Source: a plasmid. Taken from it: a stretch of DNA of 64,000 bases. Positions 57,860 through 64,000 of this stretch are shown here, in pieces. Position 1 is the first letter of the stretch; every line of letters begins with the position of its first letter. The stretch lies in sequence record NZ_AP019725.1, one strand, 5' to 3'. Position numbers and translations under genes: made by a program. Below the pieces are notes generated by a model, which saw only the letters and a list, made by a program, of their open reading frames with translations, searched no databases and had not been told where the DNA came from.

Positions 57860-59725
57860 CTATTGATTATTCCAATGAGATTGTTCAAAACTAATATAAT
57901 TGAGGGAAATACCAAAAAGATTTGACTCTTCTTGGCTGCTATTTACTTTAGCTGCCAGAATTTCATCCAAATCGCACCGGAGCAGTATCCATTCTCCACT
58001 TCCTTCCGCTTTCCAGTAGAGATGAACCATTGGCATACAATATCCTATTCCATTTGAAGTTCTAGGCATTTCTCTCTTTTGTGGGAATCTACATGGCATG
58101 CTCCCTTTCCAGAAACGGATTGTCGGCTGCAGGTCAATAGACATTCGGCCAATCTCATCCTGCCACTCATTATCATTCACTGTATTTGTCCTCTTTGAAG
58201 ACGGACGATAGCAGTGCCCGATATAATCAAAAGTTCGTTCCCATACAGCCTTTATCTCACCTTTCAATGGAATTTTCCCCCGATTGGACAGAACATAGGT
58301 AATATTGAAATTACTGTCGTATGGTCGGTTATGTATCACTACTCCTGTATTGGTCTCTTCCTCCACCTGAATCATACGAAGAGCCGGCAAATCAGTCTGC
58401 TCCTTAATGGTAAATGTCATATCCTCCCTGGTTACTTTATCAAGGTGATTGGCCTTCTGCCAAATTGTCTCCCCTTTCTTCCGGAAAAGCACGCCAAGTT
58501 CATAAGTCCCTGCTGGAGCCGTTACATAGGATCTTCTTGCAGTCCCTTTCATCATGGCGCCATTTTCAGCAACAATGGAACATGGCTGGAACTTATCCAC
58601 TATATTCCCGGTATTGTCCATGAGCACCATACGGAAGTCCCCTTCCCATGTATCCGGCATATTCCCGGTTTCCAGATCCAAGCCGGTCCAGTATCCGTAG
58701 AATCCGAACATAAATCCCTCATTCCGATAGATGTCGATACCATATGATACTTCTCCAGGCTCAATATCAAACCAGTTACCTTCAGAATTGCCAAGGACAA
58801 TATCATCAGTTTTGCCAAAAGTGCTCCAATAGCCGACATCAATCGGAAACTCCTCCAAGTCAATGGGGCTATTATATCCCCCTTTCAGCGTCAATGTATA
58901 GGTATAGGCTTTGCCTGCCTCCCATTGGTGACTTTCGGGAATGTCATAGACACGTTCTTCTCCGTCCACAACAACGGTAAGGGTTATTCCTTTTGCGGAG
59001 TTTACCGGAAGCATGATCGTTTCAACGGGTATGGGGTCTTTGGTGTCATCCAGATAATAGTTGCCACCTGCCAGTAAGCTGCCTTTGCTTCCCATCGGAG
59101 TGGTGGTATTGTTTGCAGCGTTGTACTTTGCAGTGGTATGGATGCCATTCCAGGTCAGGGATTCAATATGCCCTTCTCCGATATAATTGTTTTTCTTGAT
59201 AGTTATCCGAACCAAGGAGAGCAGGTGTTTCATCTTGACCTCCACCTCAGGCTTTTCGGCTCCAACCGATGCGGAACCGGCCAAGTAATCTGTCTGGGAG
59301 CCAATGTCAATAGGAATCTCTCCGCTGCTCTTGATTACAGACGAATAGGGATAGTAACAGATAATATCCCTCATCTCATCAGCAAGCGCCACTTCTCCCC
59401 CACTCCATATTTTGCCATCATAAACAAATTTCTTGTTTATGCATGTGTCATTATAGAACAGTCCTATCTCGCTGTCAGGTTCAAAAGAGGAAACTGTACC
59501 TCTGGTTGTCACTTCATTCAGCATCTCTATGCTTGTAGAGAAGCACAACATCGTTTTAGGCTTGTCCGGTTCCGGTGCAGGCTCAGGAGTAGGCTCCGGT
59601 TCAGGCAGAATGAGGTCATTTCCCTTGTCGCAGGAAGCCAGGAGAAGCAATGTTGCCATAATGCTGGGAATAATCAATTTTTTCATATTGTTCATTTTAC
59701 TTAAAATCAAAATTATAGTCTTCAT
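57860..59725 (-). CDS. Large surface lipoprotein (621 aa) with a PEPEPTPEPAPEPDKP linker; possible fimbrillin-like or adhesin-like protein
   Basis: Lipobox (LLASCDKG) followed by a Pro/Glu-rich linker, then a beta-rich sequence. No enzymatic motif recognised. Confidence 0.45.
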   Translation of the reverse strand: MKTIILILSKMNNMKKLIIPSIMATLLLLASCDKGNDLILPEPEPTPEPAPEPDKPKTMLCFSTSIEMLNEVTTRGTVSSFEPDSEIGLFYNDTCINKKFVYDGKIWSGGEVALADEMRDIICYYPYSSVIKSSGEIPIDIGSQTDYLAGSASVGAEKPEVEVKMKHLLSLVRITIKKNNYIGEGHIESLTWNGIHTTAKYNAANNTTTPMGSKGSLLAGGNYYLDDTKDPIPVETIMLPVNSAKGITLTVVVDGEERVYDIPESHQWEAGKAYTYTLTLKGGYNSPIDLEEFPIDVGYWSTFGKTDDIVLGNSEGNWFDIEPGEVSYGIDIYRNEGFMFGFYGYWTGLDLETGNMPDTWEGDFRMVLMDNTGNIVDKFQPCSIVAENGAMMKGTARRSYVTAPAGTYELGVLFRKKGETIWQKANHLDKVTREDMTFTIKEQTDLPALRMIQVEEETNTGVVIHNRPYDSNFNITYVLSNRGKIPLKGEIKAVWERTFDYIGHCYRPSSKRTNTVNDNEWQDEIGRMSIDLQPTIRFWKGSMPCRFPQKREMPRTSNGIGYCMPMVHLYWKAEGSGEWILLRCDLDEILAAKVNSSQEESNLFGISLNYISFEQSHWNNQ

Positions 59726-60491
59726 TCATAGATTTTTTTCGAGCCAGTTCCTTCTCCATCCGTCCAATGGCTATGGAAAAAAAGAATTCCACCATGGGGG
59801 CTGTGTTACGCTCATCCCGGCATGCTTTAAGAGCGCCGATGTATTTTTCCCTATCTGTACTTTCAATGAGGAGCATAGGATATCCTAATTTGACTAAAAT
59901 GAAATTAGACAACAATCGTCCAAGCCGTCCATTCCCATCCCGGAACGGATGCAGGAAAATGAAATGCTTATGGAACTGTGCTGCAATTTCTATGGGATGT
60001 ACCGGCAATTGCTCTATTGCTTTCTGTGTAGCTTCCATTAGCTTAGGAACACGGGCAATCAGTTCTTCATGATCGCCAAAAATTGTATCACCAGCTCCCA
60101 TGTCAGTATTGGTATATTCTCCTGGCACTGCATCTTTATATCGGTATGTTAGCGTATGCTGGGTCAGAATCCGATGTGTCTCCTTAACTAACTGTTCTGT
60201 TAACGGCAGCTCTGTTTGCCCCATTAGAAAATCATACGCATTGAAGTGATCCAGTATCTCAAATGCTTCAAAGAGAGTTTTGCCTTGTGGTATCATTCCC
60301 AGCCCTTTTTCTTTCAAAGCTCTTGTGTCATCTACAGAGAAGGTGTTGCCTTCGATTGCACAGCTATGAGCTGAGAAGAGTATCTCATTGTACTCTTTCA
60401 AATCCTCTACATTGAATTTATCAATGACGGTGGTTTTATACTCTCTCAATAAGGTATTATACCTTTCAATCTCTCTTTCAAACATAACCAT
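59697..60491 (-). CDS. Fic-family protein (class II, with an N-terminal inhibitory SxxxEG motif)
   Basis: Fic motif HPFRDGNGRLGR. Inhibitory motif SCAIEGN (S-x-x-x-E-G) near the N-terminus. 264 aa. Confidence 0.8.
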   Translation of the reverse strand: MVMFEREIERYNTLLREYKTTVIDKFNVEDLKEYNEILFSAHSCAIEGNTFSVDDTRALKEKGLGMIPQGKTLFEAFEILDHFNAYDFLMGQTELPLTEQLVKETHRILTQHTLTYRYKDAVPGEYTNTDMGAGDTIFGDHEELIARVPKLMEATQKAIEQLPVHPIEIAAQFHKHFIFLHPFRDGNGRLGRLLSNFILVKLGYPMLLIESTDREKYIGALKACRDERNTAPMVEFFFSIAIGRMEKELARKKSMNEDYNFDFK

Positions 60492-60492
60492 T

Positions 60493-60645
60493 CTGTTTTA
60501 TTTGTCCTCTATGAACTCATCCTCATACACCCAAATATGTTTGCCACTTCCGCAAATCTCCACTTCCCACTTGGTATCCCATTTCTCGATTAGAATAATG
60601 TTCCGGTACCCTAAGTAGGGTTCAATCAATGTCGCTGTTCTCATT
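60493..60645 (-). CDS. Unannotated 50-aa ORF directly upstream of fic (MRTATLIEPYLGYRNIILIEKWDTKWEVEICGSGKHIWVYEDEFIEDK)
   Basis: ATG at 60645-60643. The stop abuts the fic start. Below the ORF-track size cutoff. Confidence 0.25.
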
Positions 60646-60756
60646 TATATAGCTTTATTAGTATTACTCTGCAAAGATACAAATAAAAAGAACATGGGCA
60701 AATATACCCGTAATAAAAATTACCGATATATGCTATGTTTTATAACACACTAGTCG

Positions 60757-60975
60757 CTAAATGGGTCTGAAATCAATTTCAACACCTAAAGCATCACCTA
60801 TACGACTCAATATTTCTAGACTTGGGTTATATTTGCCAAGTTCTATTTTTCCAATGTTAGATGAATCTATTCCAGTTAGTTGCGCTAATTTAAATTGCGA
60901 CAACCCTTTCTCCTTCCGGAGTTCGGCAATTCTTTTCCCTATACGTATCTTATGATTAATTTCTGTTGCTTCCAT
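60757..60975 (-). CDS. XRE-family helix-turn-helix transcriptional regulator
   Basis: IGKRIAELRKEKGLSQFKLAQLTGIDSSNIGKIELGKYNPSLEILSRIGDALGVEI is a canonical Cro/C1 HTH. 72 aa. Confidence 0.8.
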   Translation of the reverse strand: MEATEINHKIRIGKRIAELRKEKGLSQFKLAQLTGIDSSNIGKIELGKYNPSLEILSRIGDALGVEIDFRPI

Positions 60976-60978
60976 ATT

Positions 60979-61839
60979 CTAAAGTAAATTGGTTATCATT
61001 TCTGCGGGCAAGCTCAGCTTTGAGAACGCGAACCATTTTTTTCCTAAGTCCTTCAGTGATGCGCCGATATGATATACAGCATCGTCCACAATCAAGAAAC
61101 GGTCATGAGAGAGCTTGCATGTCCGGACATCGACGGGCGGGTACTGGTCCTTATGTCTGTCAAGGTCGAGCCGGAACTGCGGAGTGATGCGCTGCGTGTA
61201 GATGGTGGCCGTTACTCCCGGTTGCCGTTTGCTCAGCATGAGCAGCACGCTCTCATCAACATAGTTGTCAATGAGTACAAGCGACTGTCTGGCAGACTTG
61301 ATAAGATCCGAAGCGAATTTATAGGCATCGAAGATCTGGCCGTCGAAGAAGATGCCCTCTACCGGGGGAAGGGATGTGCGGACAAAGAAATCGACTTTAT
61401 TTGTTAGCTCTTCCAGTTGCCGGTCATGGGCAGTCAGCCTTGAATCCGTTTTATTCTCCAGTTGGTTAATACGTTGATTGATGGAATAGCCTTTCAAAAG
61501 GTATTCTTTCAACACCTTGTTTGCCCACTGTCTAAATTGAGTACCCCGTTGACTCTTTACCCGATATCCGACAGATATAATTACATCAAGATTATAATAA
61601 TCCACTTGATAAGTCTTACCATCAGAAGCAGTATAGGCAAATTTTGCCCAAACTGAATCCTTTATCAATTCTCCCTCTTTGAAGATATTCCGGATATGTT
61701 TTCCAATGACACTAATATCTCGGCCAAACAAATGAGACATTTCATCAATAGAAAGCCATACCGTTTCATTTTCCAAACGAACATCCAGCTTTATTTCTTC
61801 GTCTGGCTGGTATAATATGATTTCTCCTTGATTCCCCAT
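60979..61839 (-). CDS. RhuM-family (Virulence_RhuM) protein, full length
   Basis: N-terminus GEIILYQPDEEIKLDVRLENETVWLSIDEMSHLFGRD, then the conserved middle YQVDYYNLDVIISVGYRVKSQRGTQFRQWANKVLKEYLLKGY. 286 aa. Confidence 0.7.
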   Translation of the reverse strand: MGNQGEIILYQPDEEIKLDVRLENETVWLSIDEMSHLFGRDISVIGKHIRNIFKEGELIKDSVWAKFAYTASDGKTYQVDYYNLDVIISVGYRVKSQRGTQFRQWANKVLKEYLLKGYSINQRINQLENKTDSRLTAHDRQLEELTNKVDFFVRTSLPPVEGIFFDGQIFDAYKFASDLIKSARQSLVLIDNYVDESVLLMLSKRQPGVTATIYTQRITPQFRLDLDRHKDQYPPVDVRTCKLSHDRFLIVDDAVYHIGASLKDLGKKWFAFSKLSLPAEMITNLL

Positions 61840-61855
61840 TATTATATCTTTCCTG

Positions 61856-62371
61856 TTATTGGTTCATATAATTCAAAAGTAATTCCTTATCTTCCCTACT
61901 CGCTCTTTCCCAAAACTGTGACCAGTTCTTATAATTGCCATATCGGTCTATATTATTGTCGCTTACAGTTTGCCATGCTGAAGAACTGACTTTCTTCAAT
62001 GTATCAAGACTATGGTTATATCCGAAAAGGAAGAAGGAATCCACGGTTTCCGTCTCAAAAGGATATATTTCTGAACGGATCTTCCCATCCCTAAGCTGCG
62101 CCGTAATCCGGCTGTCATAGTCCGGGTATTTATCCGGCTCTACTTCCACGTCCAGAGCCTCAAGCAGCCATCTTTTTATATCATCGTTACTGTTCAGGTA
62201 GAAATCAAATACATCACCTTTCTTGCTCGCCCACTTATTCAGGACGTGCTTGTATAATTCATTGTCAAGTTTTCCATAAATTAATTTATCTATGAAGGCG
62301 GTATTGATTACCCCATTGACGATTGCTGCCGTAACAGCGTCAATAGCCAGTATTGCTTTCTGTGTATTCAT
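61856..62371 (-). CDS. Hypothetical protein (171 aa)
   Basis: Clean ORF between RhuM and a Fic/Doc gene. No motif recognised. Confidence 0.4.
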   Translation of the reverse strand: MNTQKAILAIDAVTAAIVNGVINTAFIDKLIYGKLDNELYKHVLNKWASKKGDVFDFYLNSNDDIKRWLLEALDVEVEPDKYPDYDSRITAQLRDGKIRSEIYPFETETVDSFFLFGYNHSLDTLKKVSSSAWQTVSDNNIDRYGNYKNWSQFWERASREDKELLLNYMNQ

Positions 62372-62402
62372 ATTTTTAATATTTAAGTTGACTAATAGGG
62401 AA

Positions 62403-62591
62403 TTACAAAGTTAAATTATAGTCTGCCTCAATAAGAAAGAATACTTCCTTTGTATTTTTATAAACTCTACGTTTTGCACCGAGAACTTTTAGCTTTCGAT
62501 AAGAAATCATAGCTTTCGTGTCTTCTACGGAATCCACGCCGTTAATGATTGTATGGATCTTGATGTTCTTCTCAGTAACTTTCCATGCCAT
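62403..62591 (-). CDS. Hypothetical small protein (62 aa)
   Basis: ORF only. Confidence 0.25.
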   Translation of the reverse strand: MAWKVTEKNIKIHTIINGVDSVEDTKAMISYRKLKVLGAKRRVYKNTKEVFFLIEADYNLTL

Positions 62592-62639
62592 AGTATTTTT
62601 TTATTAGTTATTAAAGTTCCATACCATAGTCCACCCCTC

Positions 62640-63419
62640 CTACCTATTCTTGTTCAGGTCAAAAGTAGGTTCTCCAGACAACGATAATTCATTAATTCGC
62701 TCTATCTGCCGGTTAAGGAAATAATCCGTATATCCGGAATAATTCCCTGTTTCATAGAAAAAAATCAGTCCTTTCCTATAGTGAAGGATATCCGCATCCT
62801 TTGCGGAATATACCGGAATCAAATCAGCATTCATCATAACGATGCTTTCCATCATACGTGAGGTACGTTTGTTCCCGTCAATGAAGGGCTGGAGCTTGGC
62901 TATATTACAATGTAGATAAATAGCTCTCTCCAGTGGATTGCTATATAATTCCTGGTTAAAAAATATTTCGTTTAAGGCCATCCGTATCTCCCGGATTTCT
63001 TTTGGCGGGATATATTCCGTACCGGTAATCCGTACAGCACGGGAGCGCAGCATGCCGGACTCTTCACTGGATACCAACTCACTGGAGATGGTACGATGTA
63101 ACCGAAACAAGGTACGTTCACCTATTTGCTCCTGATTATGCTCCTTATTGATATATTCCATTTCGGAAACAAAAGTATTATAGAGGTTTTTCAGCATCTT
63201 GGCGTCCTCATATCTCTTTTCCGATGTGATATTATCTTTCAGTAAAGCTTCTGTCTCCACATATGTGTAGGTGTTTCCCTCTATCTTTCCAGAGTAATAA
63301 CACCACACTACTGCCAGGTCCTTTATCTCGGAAGATGTCAATGAAGAAAGTTTAGCGTGCTTGTTCGTAATGATGAAGTCAGCCTTTTTCTTTTGTATAT
63401 CATTGAAGATAGGAATCAT
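62640..63419 (-). CDS. Fic/Doc-family protein with a variant core motif QPFIDGNKRTSR (His replaced by Gln) and an N-terminal SGKIEG inhibitory motif
   Basis: Doc-type xPFxDGNKRT motif but with Gln at the position of the catalytic His. S-G-K-I-E-G (SxxxEG) near the N-terminus. 259 aa. Confidence 0.65.
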   Translation of the reverse strand: MIPIFNDIQKKKADFIITNKHAKLSSLTSSEIKDLAVVWCYYSGKIEGNTYTYVETEALLKDNITSEKRYEDAKMLKNLYNTFVSEMEYINKEHNQEQIGERTLFRLHRTISSELVSSEESGMLRSRAVRITGTEYIPPKEIREIRMALNEIFFNQELYSNPLERAIYLHCNIAKLQPFIDGNKRTSRMMESIVMMNADLIPVYSAKDADILHYRKGLIFFYETGNYSGYTDYFLNRQIERINELSLSGEPTFDLNKNR

Positions 63420-63459
63420 AATTTATAATATTTACGTATTGACAAATAGGGAAAAACGA

Positions 63460-64000
63460 CTATTCATAGGCCCGGAATCCAATCGGATTACGTGGTTTCT
63501 CTTCAACCTTCTTCCTGACCTGAAGCTCGGCCAACGTCTGGTTGATCATCTCCAGTTGCATCCGGGTATCCTCGTTGATGTCGTTATAATCGGTAAAAAC
63601 TTCTTCCATGTAGGCCCGAAGTTCCTGCATTTGCTTTTCCAGTTCTCCCACTCTGTCTACCGGTGGATTGGCTATCAGCTGGCGGATGGCGACGAAGGCA
63701 CGCATGATACTCATATTGATTTGTATGGCTGCCTTTGAATTTAAAACACTGCTAAGCATAGCAACTCCTAATTCTGTAAAAGCATAAGGAGAACGTCTCA
63801 TACCCATCTTTATAGAATTGGACATCACAATTTGTGATTTCCAATTCAATGTTTCTTCTTTTGTCAGTTGAAACATGAAGTCCTCCGGGAAACGCTCGAT
63901 ATTACGCTTCACCGCCTGATTGAGAGCTCGTGTTTCCACCTCGTACATTTCTGCCAGGTCAAAGTCCAGCATTACCTTCTGGCCCCGGATCTCATAGATC
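63460..64000 (-). CDS. ORF6N (KilA-N-like) domain protein, intact copy; the N-terminus runs off the window end
   Basis: ...[49 protein letters not shown]... The reading frame stays open at nt 64000. Confidence 0.7.
   Translation of the reverse strand, partial: IYEIRGQKVMLDFDLAEMYEVETRALNQAVKRNIERFPEDFMFQLTKEETLNWKSQIVMSNSIKMGMRRSPYAFTELGVAMLSSVLNSKAAIQINMSIMRAFVAIRQLIANPPVDRVGELEKQMQELRAYMEEVFTDYNDINEDTRMQLEMINQTLAELQVRKKVEEKPRNPIGFRAYE

Noticed and set aside
1-64000. tRNA or rRNA genes and attachment sites
   Set aside because: Scanning for T-loop GGTTCGA(A/T)TCC-like boxes and 3' CCA ends found none. No integrase gene is present in the window to anchor an att site.

Overview
Bacteroidales-type (Bacteroides-like) chromosomal segment made of two parts.

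(1) ~1-25.4 kb: a polysaccharide-utilisation locus for sulfated red-algal galactan (agar/porphyran type). It contains the 3' end of a GH16, three Ser-type S1 sulfatases (one with an in-frame TAG), a hybrid two-component regulator, a SusC/SusD pair, an SGBP-like lipoprotein, two more GH16 enzymes, a GH86-like clan GH-A enzyme and a GH117-like enzyme. The locus is interrupted by a decayed IS630-family element that itself carries a decayed IS982-family insertion and sits 1-2 bp upstream of the regulator start codon. An aldo/keto-reductase remnant and a frameshifted small lipoprotein gene are also present.

(2) ~25.8-64 kb: mobile-element and accessory DNA.
- excisionase-like HTH, a winged-helix protein and a cyclase-family protein
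- umuD-umuC (umuC carries one in-frame TAA) and an HU-like protein
- an AT-rich block of unknown genes abutting a 7.5-unit iteron-like tandem repeat array
- a mobA-mobB-mobC mobilisation module (relaxase plus coupling protein)
- a C10 (SpeB/Bfp-like) cysteine protease with a partner lipoprotein
- two PF01637-like ATPases
- a serine recombinase next to a DUF2971-like protein
- a Toprim primase-like gene
- three tandem paralogs sharing a C-terminal domain (one ArdC-like)
- an IS66-family element with a perfect 8-bp target-site duplication (TSD), inserted into the loop of a palindromic terminator
- a Fic/Doc - XRE - RhuM - ORF6N cassette

Several genes carry single clean nonsense codons or homopolymer frameshifts. 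No rRNA, tRNA or CRISPR array was recognised.
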